A DNA stretch of 64,000 nucleotides from the human T2T-CHM13v2.0 reference genome, Homo sapiens (GCF_009914755.1 NC_060938.1); one strand, 5' to 3'; shown: positions 1 to 18,386, counted from the first letter of the stretch. Notes: a model not told the origin generated them from the sequence alone. A program made the numbers and translations.

Positions 1-418
<418 letters not shown>

Positions 419-2309
419 TTATGAGCAAGCAGGCTTTCTCCATTAATACCACATTTTCATGGTATTGAATAACTCAGGTTGAACAGTCTTTCCTGAAGCC
501 TTTCTATTCTTCCCACTCCTAATACGATGGCCTACTTTTTTGGGGTTTTTGTGGGGAAGGGACTGGTGTATCATTGTCAGAGAAAAGAGAAACCATATTT
601 AACCAGGGCCTTAGCAGGGCATGAGCACAGTCACAGCCACTTGCTCTTGACCTTGTGCTTTGATTTCAGTTTAACACTTCTAAATTTTTGTACTGCTTCC
701 TCATTCTCCTCTTTTGCCAGGCTCTGGGGAAGATATAGTTCATCGACCTTTTTAAGAGTATCTCGTTTTCTTTGTAGCATCATTTCCCTTTCTAATGTGC
801 AGGAGAAAAGAAGTACCTGCTTTCAGACTTGCCCTCTAGCCAGGAAAAGCACTAAGCCTTTGGTGCAAAGGAGAGGAAACTATTTGGTATAGAAATACAG
901 AAAAATTTCCATAGATTTTTGTTAATAAGCTGCAATCTGTTGTCTTCCCAAAAAAAATGAGGTATATTTGAGAAACATCTTCTTGAGAGGTCACTTTGGT
1001 CTCTATAGAATGTTTTCTCCTGACATTTTCTTCTGTGCTAGTATCTCATGCTAAAATGGTGAAATTATTTTTTCTCATATTCTTATGTGAACCAAATTAA
1101 GGGTTACTCGTGTCTATTTTTTCTCAAAATGGAAATGTTTTTTATTATAAAATCCATGCTCTTTGAAAAATTCAGCCTGTATTGAAGTACATAAAATACA
1201 AAAATGAAAGTCATTTTGACTCCCACTCCCCAGAGATAATCACCGTGTACAGTTAATTCCTTGTTTAAAACGAGAGAAGGCAACATTTGATCACAGCTGT
1301 GTGTGCCTCACTCTGCCTGGGGATGGCCTGTGGTGATTCATGGACTCATGTTCTCTGTTCACATTACTCAGGTTGGTAAGAATTGCCAGGTAGAGGAAAG
1401 GGGAGTGTTTTGCATTGGGCTGATTTAAAATTATTTGATTAACTGGGCTGCTATTTTAGGTTTGTCCTTATTAAATACTTACTGTATCATGGTGGGCTAT
1501 TTTTCATACTTTGTTCATGTTAATGTTGTTGCCCAGCCTCTGATGGATTGATTTACAGCAGCCAAACACATGAAAACAAAAGCAAACCCTCACCTTTATA
1601 GAGAGTTTCATAATTTATAATTAGGAAGGAGTGGGTATACTTGCCATGAAGACCACTGCCAATATATCCCTGTGCTGATATGGGATGGGGTTCCTCTTGA
1701 TCAGCACCAAAGATTGCATGCTGAACATATGGAAAGGAAATTGGACGAAAGAAGGGTCAATGACCGCTGTTTTCAGATGTGGCATGGAAGAGACTGATAC
1801 TGGGGAGGAAGCGGCAGGGTCTCACTCCTTAGCCATGTGTATTTAAGAAGAATGAACTGTGAAGAAGTTGATGATGATCTAAAAACAGAGCCCCAAAATA
1901 GTACATAGAAAGTTAATTACAACATTGGTTATTTGAGAGTGTTGGGGACGTGGGTGGTTTTTATACTACTCTGTCTTTGAATTTAAAATAGTTTTCAAAA
2001 TAAAATTTGAAGATTAAAGAATTAACCAGATTTTCTTTTGTCTATATGAGATGCATGCAGTCGTTTTTAGAGATGAGTTCCATCCCCACTTTGAATCTGA
2101 AGTATTAGAAGAGGCATGCTCTGGTGGACAGTGGGGAGTTAGCAGATGGAAGGGGATTTAGGGAAGGGACTGGACATTCTTCCTGCAAGATGGAGCAGTA
2201 AGAGAATGATGAGAGCTTTTAGATTCATGAAAAAGGTGACTCTAGGAGGCTTAGAATGTTCCAAAGGGGCACTTCAGCTAATAGTCATATTCAGAAGAGT
2301 GTTGTCTGG

Positions 2310-2490
2310 TTTACACAAACTGAAACTTAGGGCTTTGAATCAAGAGTCTCAGCTTCTACTTACAAGATAAGCAGTTTTGGGGAAGTCAGCCACTGAACCT
2401 GTTTCTTCATTTGCAAAATGAGGATAATAAAAATACCTATCTCAGGGTGGTTGTGAGATCAGTTGTATAATGTATGGGAAAATGCTTTAA
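2310..2490 (+). mobile_element. MIR fragment
   Basis: Core ctgtttcttcatttgcaaaatgaggataata. Confidence 0.7.
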
Positions 2491-2847
2491 ATTTTAATTT
2501 TAATTTTAATTTCCAACCACTATATAAAAGTTGCCATGATTGAAATAAACAAAAAATTGATAAGCAAAATAAAACTTACCTGTTTAAACATTTATTCATT
2601 CAAAAACTCATCAAGTATCAACTAAATGTCAGACATTCAGTAATGACTGAGATACTGCCCTGATGTCAAGGAGCTTGCAGTAAAGCAGGGGAGCCAAATA
2701 ATTGCAATATCTGCCTTAAGTGTGGTAACAGAGCATCACAGTTGGGATGATGCATTATTGGTACCATATTGTTGTATGTATAGGCTGTTTTGGCAGCACA
2801 GAAGAGGCATCTGCCTCACCCTAAGATCAGAAAAAACTTCCCAAAGA

Positions 2848-3153
2848 GGCCAGGCACAATGTCTCTCACCTGTAATCCCAGCACCTTGGGAGGCCTAGGC
2901 AGACGGATTGTTTGATCTCAGGAGTTTGAGACCAGCCTGGCCAACATGGCGAAACCCTGTCTCTACAAACAATACAAAAGTTAGCTGGGCGTGGTGCCGC
3001 ATGCCTGTAGTCCCAGCTATTCGAGAGACTGAGGTGGGAGGAACGCTTGAGCCTGGAAGGGCGGAGGTTGCAGTGAGCCGAAATTGCCCCATTGCACTCC
3101 AGCCTGGATGACAGAGCCAGACCCTGTCTCAAAAAAAAGAAAAGAAAAAAGAA
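2848..3153 (+). mobile_element. Alu (J/S-type)
   Basis: Dimer with A tail; TSD TCCCAAAGA. Confidence 0.95.
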
Positions 3154-3447
3154 GTCCCAAAGAGAGTGAGCTAGACATTGAAAAGGTTCTAAGCAAAGGA
3201 ACAGCATGTGTGAAATGGCAAGGCTTTTGGTGTGTTAGGTTATTTGGGATCGGGGGAATCTTAAAGCTTAAAAATGGAGTTAAGTTTCTTAGAATGAACA
3301 TGCATTTTATGATTTTTTAAAATTGGTTTCATTTTGTTGAATTTCAATTATATGATTGTGATGTTTTCAGGATTTTGGTTTGAATTAAACAAAACTGGAG
3401 CCACAAAATTGGAAACAATACAATTTTTTTTAAAATGTGTAGGATCT

Positions 3448-4850
<1,403 letters not shown>

Positions 4851-5008
4851 GGCATTTTTAAGTGGGTTCCAGACAAAATCTGAGTCCACAGAATTAGTAC
4901 TTTGAAATAGAAGTCCTACAAAACGAACCCTAAGAATATGAATGCCATGTGCAATAAGGGATTTCCTGGTGAAGCGTTTTTAGCTGAGAAAAGCCTACTG
5001 TTTACACA

Positions 5009-5022
5009 GTGCCCTCTGGTGG
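5009..5022 (-). promoter_or_regulatory. CTCF core motif
   Basis: Reverse complement CCACCAGAGGGCAC fits CCASYAGRKGGCRS at every position. Confidence 0.65.
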
Positions 5023-6854
5023 TCAGAAGATGCTGTGCTGTCTCGTTAGGATGAATGGATTAAAATGTACTTTTCCTCCTCTGCTTCTGGAGAGGGAGAG
5101 AGGAATATTCCAGAAGCCACTGTGTTCCTTCTGCTTTCTGTGTGGGTAAGTTCATTTCTTAGAATATAATGCAACTGAACTACAGGAACATCTCACTTAT
5201 TTGTAAGTTATTTGGTTGGCAACCTCAGCTATCCGGTGCCTTGGCCTGATGCAAAAGAGGAAGGAAATATGATCGCCTGTCAGCAAAATTCAGGAATTAA
5301 AACTTTACATCTTATGAGCATTTCCCTAGATCTTCAGAAGATGTTGTGCTCCCTCTTTAGGATGAATGGATATGTAGATTCAATTTTCAATGAGTTTTTG
5401 TCTAATTTCACAGCCAAGAAGAGATTGAAATGGTGGGCCACAGGAGATCAGCACACCTTTCAGAAGTGACAGTTGTTGGCTTGCAAGTAAAGAGACAGAA
5501 AAATACTAACTAGCCAACAAAGCCCAATCTCCAAAAGCATAACAGTCTGAGGCCATTTTGTGTAGGTGCAAACCCTTGCAAATTTGAACAACTACTATGT
5601 TTCAGCAAAACATAATTGTTTCAGAGGAGAAAACAGCCAGCCGGGTGATGCTATATGTGTAGGCTGCAGTTAGAGTAGTATGAAGAGCCCTAGACCAGGA
5701 TTGAGGAGACCAAGGTCTTATCCTGACAGCCACTAAAACTAAATGTGACTTTGAACATACCACTTAACCTCTTAGGGCCTCAGTTTGCTTTTTGATCTAT
5801 AAAGCAGTGGGTTGAACTTGATCATTTCATAAAATTCTATAAACTGTAATTATGACATTAATTTTTTTTAAATTGTACTGTGCTTGGATTGAAAAGGCAA
5901 AGGAACATTTGTCATCTCTAATTTATTTAAGAGTCCTCTGAGAAGTATGATTATCCCAATTTTATAGATGAGAAAATTGGGCTTAAAGAAGTTCCCGCAT
6001 AGCTAAACTAGTGGTAGAGTTTGTATTCAAACAAACAGTATATGCTCTCTGGCTTCTTTTTTAATTCCTTCACTTGACAAGCACATATTAAGTGTCAACT
6101 ATGTGGGAAGAGTGTGCTAGGCACAAGGAAAACAAAGGCCATTAAGCCTTGTCCCTGTCTTTGAGGCTTCAGTACAGTAGGCATTGCTGTATCACACTGC
6201 TCCTTGGATCTCTTGTCAGTGCTAATGATACAAGTAATACTACTGCACTGTTAGGCTTAATATATAGCTCCATTATGTCTTTAGGGTGTGGGTATAAAAC
6301 TAAGCCACCATTTATATTATTGTTTCTATGGGAATATGTGTTTCAAGTTCCAAATAAATTAAAAATAAAGTTTTAGGATATAACCCAGTTATAATTGCAG
6401 AACTTCCTGTACTAAGTACTGAATTTGGAGTCTAATGCACAGCCACCAGTGCAGATAGTGCATAAAATTTTCTAAACTTGATCGTGTTTGTCACTTAAGT
6501 GCGTTGAAATAAAACCTCTTATCTTTGGGAGCCTCTACAACTGGTTATTCCTGGAAGTTTCAAGGAGAAACCTAGAGAATGTAATAGAGATTGGACCCTA
6601 TACCCTGCAAGATGGTATTCTAGGAAAGAATTTTGCCAATGTGACATTATTTTTATAGATGGCAGAATCTTTAAGGTCATGATCTTGGGCTTAGAGTCAT
6701 ATTGCCTGTGTTCTAATCCCATGAAGTCCTCTCTTTGTGATATTACAAAGGTTATATAACACTGTATGCCTCTGTTATTTAATCTTGAAAATGAGTCTTA
6801 TAGCAGCATCTACTTTGTAGGGTTTGTTACGAGGATTAAATGCTAAAATGATAC

Positions 6855-7065
6855 TTATATATGCATACATACACATAAAATGATACCTATATATGGATAC
6901 ATACACAGATATGCACACATACACACATACATGTATATACATACATGTATATATGCAATATATGTGTGCATATCTCACACATATATATTGCATATATCCA
7001 TATATATCCATATGTGTATATGTGTAATGTATCTGTGAGAGATATATATACATCTCCCTATACAT
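6855..7065. repeat. Degenerate (TA/CA/TG)n microsatellite inside a MIR
   Basis: About 200 bp of alternating purine-pyrimidine dinucleotides. Confidence 0.85.
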
Positions 7066-7412
7066 CTGCCTGGAATAGAGCCTGGCATATAGTGAGACAT
7101 AACAAATGTTAGCTATTCATATTATTATTGTATTACAGTTGTCATTTACTCTACTTTGATAACCTTCATCTACCAGTCCAGTAAAGCAAATCTACCTTCT
7201 GTCCTGTTACATTTCCAGCCAAGCTGCTGTGTACCCTCCTCAATTATTTACATACACATCTATATAAATACTCGAAATGCCTCACCCTTGCTTTCTGTTT
7301 ATCCTACTCATTCATCAAGGCTTTACTCAAATCCTACATCCTTCCTAAAGCCTACTATTTTGGTATAATTAACGCTTTTCTTCTAAACTCTTGCTGAACT
7401 TTATTCAATATA

Positions 7413-7733
<321 letters not shown>

Positions 7734-9256
7734 TAAACTCCTCAAATTGTTTCTTGGTTTCAAATTTAATCCCTCATATACAGTTATCTCTATTGTACAC
7801 CATCCTTCTCCACCCTCCATTTCAATGCTCTATCCAGTGTTAGGAACATTATGAGTATTCAATAGATTCTGATATTCTGATGTTAAAATGTAAGAATCCT
7901 TTCATTACATTTTAGACTTTTAAAATACTCTGTAATCCTCAAATCCATATGCATACATACATTCAACCTATAAGACATAGAAATAGGTAAAAGGAAACAT
8001 ATATACATAAATCTTCCTTGAGATCCAGAGGTAATTGTAAGTCAGAGATTGGGGTGCTGAATTGGGACTGTGATGCTAGGCTCTCTAGACTTTCACTGAG
8101 GCTAAGCGAATCATCTTCAAATGCCTCATTGGTGCTGCAAGTCTGTGACACAATTTAGAGGGTGATTATTTGCCTCACAGAAACACTTTAAAATTCCTTT
8201 AAGTTACTTCTTTATTCATTGGATATGCTTATTTATAGACCCTTAAATTATCATTTACCAAGGCTGGAGCAAGAGAAACTTCCAGCAAAACTGTTATTTC
8301 CAATTTGAGAGATCTAGCAATGGAGGAAAAATATTTCTGAAATCTTACTATGTCAGTGAGAAATTTACTGAAATAGCTTACACAGTATAACTTAGGGAAC
8401 ACATCTATTGAATAAGACTAGATTGACATGTATGGATAAAGCCACATTACAGATAAAGAATTCAGATTGGGGTAATCACTTGCTCAATAGCATCCAACCA
8501 ACAAACCCTGTATTAAGGACTCATGCCCTGTCCTTGTTTAGTGTTCTTTCCGGAAGACCATACTGTATAGTACCAAGGAAGTGCCATATATAGAGGTTAT
8601 TACTATCTGGGTGGTCAGGAGTCCTTAGTCCTAGTATGTGCTTCAGCACAGTTAACTATACCCTGATACATTAAAAACCATGTATCTTTGCCTTCTATGG
8701 AATAAGAATGTTAGACTAGATTAGATCTCTCTAAGCTCTAAAAATGTATGATTAAATTACTTAATATGCTTAATGTGCTTGGTGACTGTTTTTAAACTTG
8801 AGATGAGCCGTTAAACTTTTTCAGACTAAAATTTTAAAAATCCAGTATAAAACTTTTTGGATCACCTAACTCCTTAATTCTTGCTAGAGTTCTGCACAGT
8901 GGGTATCCTTCTAGCCTTAGTGTAACTCTTGGCATTATATAGCTTGTTTTCCTTATCCAAATGACATTAAGTCCTTTGAGTCACATTGGAGGTTCTGCTC
9001 TCAGACCTGAGCCCTTGACTTCTAGTTGTGCTAAACTTGTCCTACCAGTGATGCAGCTAGTAGTACAAACAAAAGCAATCACAGATTTCAGTCGTAAAAA
9101 CAAGAACAGCTGAAATACAAGCTGTCCATTTACTTAAAACCTTTTATAGGCTTTACTAGAACATAAAGTTCATTAACTTTTTTTGGCAGCATTAATAAAG
9201 AGGTCAAAAAAATGAAAAAAGAGCAAACTCCTCTTGGAATTTGAGTGAAATTATAA

Positions 9257-9580
<324 letters not shown>

Positions 9581-9712
9581 TCAAAAATTTTTAATGAAAA
9601 AATTATCTTCAAGAGATAAGCTAAAAGTCTCACAGGAATTTAGATCCCTCCTCCCCTGCCGCATACTCCTCTACCTGTTTTTGGTGTAGTAATCCTTCTT
9701 AAAGCTTTTCTG

Positions 9713-10030
9713 GGCTAGGCACAGTGGTTTATACCTGTAATCTCAGCACTTTGGGAGGCTGAGGTGGGAGGATTGCTTGAGCCCAGGAATTCGAGACCAG
9801 CCTGGGCAACATAGCAAGACCTCATCACTACAAAAAATATACAAAAATTAGCCAGTCATGGTGGCGTATGCCTGTAGTGCTAGCTATTCAGAAGGTGTGA
9901 GGTGGAAGGATTGCTTGGAGAATGAGTACCCATATTAAAGCAGGAACAGAATGCTATTGAGGACATTCTGAGCTATGATGGCACGCCAGCCTGGGTAACA
10001 GAGTAAGACCCTGTCTCAAAAAAATAATAA
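9713..10030 (+). mobile_element. AluJ-like carrying a 51-bp non-Alu insertion
   Basis: Dimer interrupted at 9915-9965; TSD AAAGCTTTTCTG. Confidence 0.93.
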
Positions 10031-11401
10031 TTAAAATTTAAGAAAAAAGCTTTTCTGAATGAGGTGTAACAAGGACAGAGTTTCTGGTACTAATGTGTCA
10101 ATGATTGCTATTATAAGTTACTGTGCCTAAAATCAGTTTTACTCAGAACTTGGACATTTGCATAATAATGTTACTTAAACTACAATTCTAGGTCAGCCTA
10201 AAAACTGTTGTGTTAGGATTAAAAATTAGACACAGCATTTGTTCAGCTTCCATTTGTTCAGCTTCCAGCTCTATAGGGGGAATATAGGAGTATAAACATG
10301 GATGCAGTGGGATTCACACTGTGATCCGTCTGACTGAGAGCACTTGTTCTTTCTACTACAGCATGATGCCTTCTTCTGTAGAGTGGGCGCTTTGCAGAAT
10401 ACGTGTTGAATGAAATCACTGATCTAGGAAAAGTAAAAATTCCTCAAATGAATACAGAATACTTGTGCTACTGCTGATGATCAACACTTTATACAGTGCC
10501 TGGTATACCAAAGGTAGTCAGTAAATGTTTGTTGAATGAATAAATGTGCATTAAAATGCTATAAGTGCTCTTATTTAAATGTTTTAGTGTTTTATGTTAA
10601 TAAAAGAATATGTATTTTTACTCAGTTGAATTGTGACTATAGCTATAGATGTGCCTATCATATTGATCTTCTATGTAGTTGTATTAATTTTGGTTGCTGA
10701 TGATAAAACTGCTGCTCATCTAGATAAGAAAGGGTCTTTGGAACTTCTGTGCTCTTTATATCATTATTTCAAGCCTGGACTATTTAATACTTGAAAGTTT
10801 TTATAGATTAACTACTGGCTTTCTAATGGACTGTTATTTGGAAGGAAATTTTAAGGTTATCAACTCAAACTTACCTGATGCTTAAATAAGCATCACCACC
10901 ATTACAACATCCACTATTACTTTCATTATTACATGCCAAGCACGATGCATTTTACACATTGCCTCTGTGAATCCTCATATATGATACTGTATTTGAGGTA
11001 TTATCCCTACCTTTTCAGTTCAGGAAACTTAGGGTCAATGAGGATAAGCAAGTTCCCAAAAGTGGCAAAGCTAGATAAGAAGCCAGGTCTGTCTGATCCT
11101 AGGCCCATGCTCTTTTCACTTATTATACTGTCCTCAATAGCATTCTGTTCCTGCTTTAATATGGGTACTCATTCTCCAAACAAGTTTGTTTCATTCTTGA
11201 ATTACTCTTATTAATAGAAAGTTTGGTTTTTTAGAAATAATACCTATCCCTCTGCCTCTTACTCTATAGTTTATTATTTATTAAATGTCTCTCTGAATCC
11301 TAGAAAAATGACTATAGACATAGAAATTTCATCCTACTTAAAACGGGCTTGGGTCAACATTTTTGTGTATTTTTTTCATCTTTTTTCCCCCCACCTTTTG
11401 A

Positions 11402-11965
<564 letters not shown>

Positions 11966-12669
11966 TAAGACTCCTTTTTTTACTAGGCATTCAAATGAGA
12001 AGTAACTCATTAATGACTATCTTTGTGCATACATTGCTTTTTGTATTTAGATACATACTGAACATGATTCCTCACAGCTTTTTACAGATACCTGAGTTAC
12101 AGAGGTTTGAAATATTGTACTTACTTGAAACTTGATCTGGCTTCCAGAAAAGGTGCAGTGGTTGCAATTTTAAGAAGGCAGCAGGTTTCATCATAAGCCA
12201 TCTTCATTTCACCAGTCCTGTATCTCTGGCTATGGAATTTTATGTCTTAGAGGTGGCAGGATGGGCATATAGGTAGTAAAAGGGGCGTATGACCCATATG
12301 TGATCGCTGAGGAATGGATAAAAAGCAAATAGAAGTACGTAAACGTAGATACCCTTAATTACTACTACAGAGCTTGAAGAGTGAACATTTTATTTCTCTA
12401 AACAGCTTGTTACATGTTCTTTTTAAGTTCAGTCAAATTGCATAGGAACTTATTTTTAAGTAGAAGATAGATTCTGAAGCTTTATGTATACGGATTAAAA
12501 ATTGAGGCTAAAATTTGATCTTATTTTAACTTTATAATATGATAGGATTTCTAGTGCTTTTAATACTTCCTCTCCTTTCTTCCTTATCCAAAGTCAGCTC
12601 CCTACACTAAAAATACTTAAATGCCCACTAATATTGTCTAATGTTAAATGAAGAAAACTAGTTGCAGAG

Positions 12670-12705
<36 letters not shown>

Positions 12706-12915
12706 TGATACCATTTAGGTTAAAAAACACAACAAAAGCAAAACTATGTGCCTGGCATCTCATAGGTACTCAATATGCTAACTATGTACATGTGCATCTC
12801 AACAAATCTGAAGGTATATAATCCAGAGTGTTTGGAGGGGTTACCTCTGAAAAGAGGTGTGTGATCTGAGGTGTGTTTTTATTCTATATGCCTCTATGTT
12901 TGAATTTTTTGCTAC

Positions 12916-14926
<2,011 letters not shown>

Positions 14927-15270
14927 TCCTTCAAGTATTTTTAAATTAATGTCTTTTTTTCTGTTCAAATTTAGTGTACATGTTCCCCCCAAGAGTTGTA
15001 ATGAAACTAAAACTGTCTTTTGCTTTTGATGCCTTTGTTCAATATGAAAAGCCTGAATAAATGGCTGGATGTCTTCATCTTCAAATTTAAAAAATGATTC
15101 AAGTATATATTATTGAGTTTTATTAGAATGGAAAGCTCTTAATTTCTTGATTGTAATAGCAAAGTCATGCAAGTCACAAATCATGATAAAAGTTAATTTT
15201 GTCAAGTGCTTTTCTATATCTTGTTTGACTTTAATATTTTTGTTTTACATAGGTCTCTAATTAACAGAAG

Positions 15271-17412
15271 ATGGCAAAGCCCAGCCACAGCAGCTATGTC
15301 CTTCAGCAGCTAAACAACCAAAGAGAATGGGGTTTTCTCTGTGACTGCTGTATTGCAATTGATGACATTTACTTTCAAGCACACAAGGCAGTTCTAGCTG
15401 CCTGTAGCTCCTATTTTAGAATGTTTTTCATGAACCATCAGCATAGTACTGCACAACTGAATCTCAGCAACATGAAAATTAGTGCAGAATGTTTTGATCT
15501 CATTTTGCAGTTTATGTATTTAGGAAAAATTATGACAGCTCCCTCCAGTTTTGAGCAGTTTAAAGTGGCAATGAACTACCTACAGCTATACAATGTTCCT
15601 GACTGTTTAGAAGACATCCAGGATGCAGATTGTTCTAGTTCAAAATGTTCCTCTTCTGCTTCCAGCAAACAGAACAGCAAAATGATATTTGGGGTAAGAA
15701 TGTATGAAGATACTGTGGCTCGAAATGGCAATGAAGCCAACAGGTGGTGTGCAGAGCCAAGTTCAACGGTAAATACACCACATAATAGAGAGGCTGATGA
15801 AGAGTCTTTACAATTAGGTAATTTTCCTGAGCCACTATTTGATGTATGTAAAAAAAGTTCCGTGTCCAAATTATCTACTCCAAAAGAACGTGTGTCAAGA
15901 CGCTTTGGGCGGAGTTTTACCTGTGATAGCTGTGGATTTGGCTTTAGCTGTGAAAAATTATTAGATGAGCATGTGCTAACCTGTACTAACAGACATTTAT
16001 ACCAAAACACAAGATCTTACCATAGAATAGTAGATATTAGAGATGGAAAAGACAGTAACATCAAAGCTGAATTTGGTGAAAAAGATTCTTCCAAAACATT
16101 TTCTGCACAGACGGACAAATACAGAGGAGACACAAGCCAGGCTGCTGATGATTCAGCTTCAACCACTGGAAGCAGAAAAAGTAGCACAGTGGAGTCTGAA
16201 ATAGCAAGCGAAGAGAAAAGCAGAGCTGCTGAGAGGAAAAGGATTATTATTAAGATGGAGCCAGAAGATATTCCTACAGATGAACTGAAAGACTTTAACA
16301 TTATTAAAGTTACTGATAAAGACTGTAATGAATCCACTGACAATGATGAATTAGAAGATGAACCTGAAGAGCCATTTTATAGATACTATGTTGAAGAAGA
16401 TGTCAGCATAAAAAAAAGTGGTAGGAAAACTCTAAAACCTCGAATGTCAGTAAGTGCTGATGAAAGAGGTGGTTTAGAGAATATGAGGCCCCCTAACAAC
16501 AGCAGTCCAGTACAAGAGGATGCTGAAAATGCATCTTGTGAGCTGTGTGGACTTACAATAACCGAGGAGGACCTGTCATCTCATTACTTAGCCAAACACA
16601 TTGAAAATATCTGTGCATGTGGTAAATGTGGACAAATACTTGTAAAGGGTAGGCAGCTTCAGGAACATGCTCAACGATGTGGCGAGCCCCAAGATCTGAC
16701 CATGAATGGGTTAGGAAATACTGAGGAGAAAATGGACTTGGAAGAGAATCCTGATGAGCAGTCCGAAATAAGAGATATGTTTGTTGAAATGCTGGATGAT
16801 TTTAGGGACAATCATTACCAGATAAACAGTATCCAAAAAAAGCAGTTATTTAAACATTCTGCCTGCCCTTTTCGATGTCCTAATTGTGGCCAGCGTTTTG
16901 AAACTGAAAATCTAGTGGTTGAACATATGTCTAGCTGCTTAGATCAAGATATGTTTAAGAGTGCCATCATGGAAGAAAATGAAAGAGATCACAGACGAAA
17001 GCATTTTTGTAATCTGTGTGGAAAAGGATTTTATCAGCGGTGTCACTTAAGAGAACACTATACTGTTCATACTAAGGAAAAACAGTTTGTTTGTCAAACA
17101 TGTGGAAAGCAGTTTTTAAGAGAGCGTCAGTTGCGACTGCACAATGATATGCACAAAGGCATGGCCAGGTATGTCTGTTCCATTTGTGATCAAGGAAACT
17201 TCAGAAAACATGACCATGTACGGCATATGATTTCTCATTTATCTGCTGGTGAGACTATATGCCAGGTCTGCTTTCAGATATTCCCAAATAATGAACAGTT
17301 GGAGCAGCACATGGATGTTCATCTGTATACATGTGGAATATGTGGAGCAAAATTTAATTTGAGGAAAGATATGAGATCACATTATAATGCCAAGCATTTG
17401 AAAAGAACCTGA
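15271..17412 (+). CDS. ZBTB1: Zinc finger and BTB domain-containing protein 1, long isoform (713 aa), encoded in one exon
   Basis: N-terminal BTB domain (LCDCCIAID...[13 protein letters not shown]), UBZ-type CPNC...HMSSC motif and five C-terminal C2H2 fingers; acceptor ttttacatAG at 15251-15252, 18 nt before the ATG; protein recognised as ZBTB1. Confidence 0.98.
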
Positions 17413-18386
17413 GTGATTTTCTACTGTACTAATGTTTAGATGATAGCAGATAAAACACCAAAGCAAAGGATATGAGCTATTTAGGAATTGATTATATAAG
17501 ATGATTTGTTAGAAACAAATTTCAAGGCCCTTTTAACTTTAATATTTTTGTTTAGGATTTTAAGTATCTACATTTAGGTATTAAATGTTTATCATTTTTG
17601 TTGTTTCTTAATAGAATTATTTGTTTTTAGTTTTTCTTAGCTATGATTAAAATTTTTAAATGTAGACTACAAGCGGTTGTTACCCATTCAATGACTATTA
17701 AACTTTAGTTTTTCATCAATAAGGTGATGACTTCACTATTTCTATGTGTTTTTTTTTTTTTAAGGTTATCCTGTGAAATTTTAAACCCAGAATCATTGGC
17801 CATTTCTGTTTAAATTTTAAAAATTCCTTAAGTAATTATTTGAAACTATCCCGTTTGCTTTTAGTGAGTTAACTACTCTTTATTCCCCCTTATTAATGAA
17901 ATTCATATTCTTAAATTGACAAGCTTATTAGGCAAGTTAGGTGCACTGAATCTAACCTTTAAGGTTGACATGGGCTCAAACTTGGCCTAAAAAGATTGAT
18001 GAACCTGAGGAAATTTTTATAAATGAATATTTCCTATAATTGATAAAATATTATCATTTAATTATCACATTTAAAACTTATATTAAGTGTAAATTCCAGT
18101 GGCTTTACCTCACTTGAAAAATTAGTGGGGATAAGCCATTTTGTTTTGTGATATTAAATTTAACTATGATAGTTAATTAAAAAGACATATCTTGTATTCA
18201 TTAAAAATATTTTAATTTAAAATATTCTGATTTCTAAAGTGTGTTAGCTTATCAATTATTTTTGTTTATAAATAGACTTTAATAGCTCTCTAAGAATATG
18301 ACCTCTAAAGGAAAAGATGATTTTTTACAATACATACTTCTGGAACTTTGAGATTTGAGAAAGCTTCCATGTATATTGATAAATCT

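Noticed and set aside
6775-7065. 96-aa Tyr/Ile/Cys-rich ORF
   Set aside because: Translation of a dinucleotide microsatellite
15576-16343. Antisense ORFs within the ZBTB1 exon
   Set aside because: Shadow ORFs of the coding strand with no splice or promoter support
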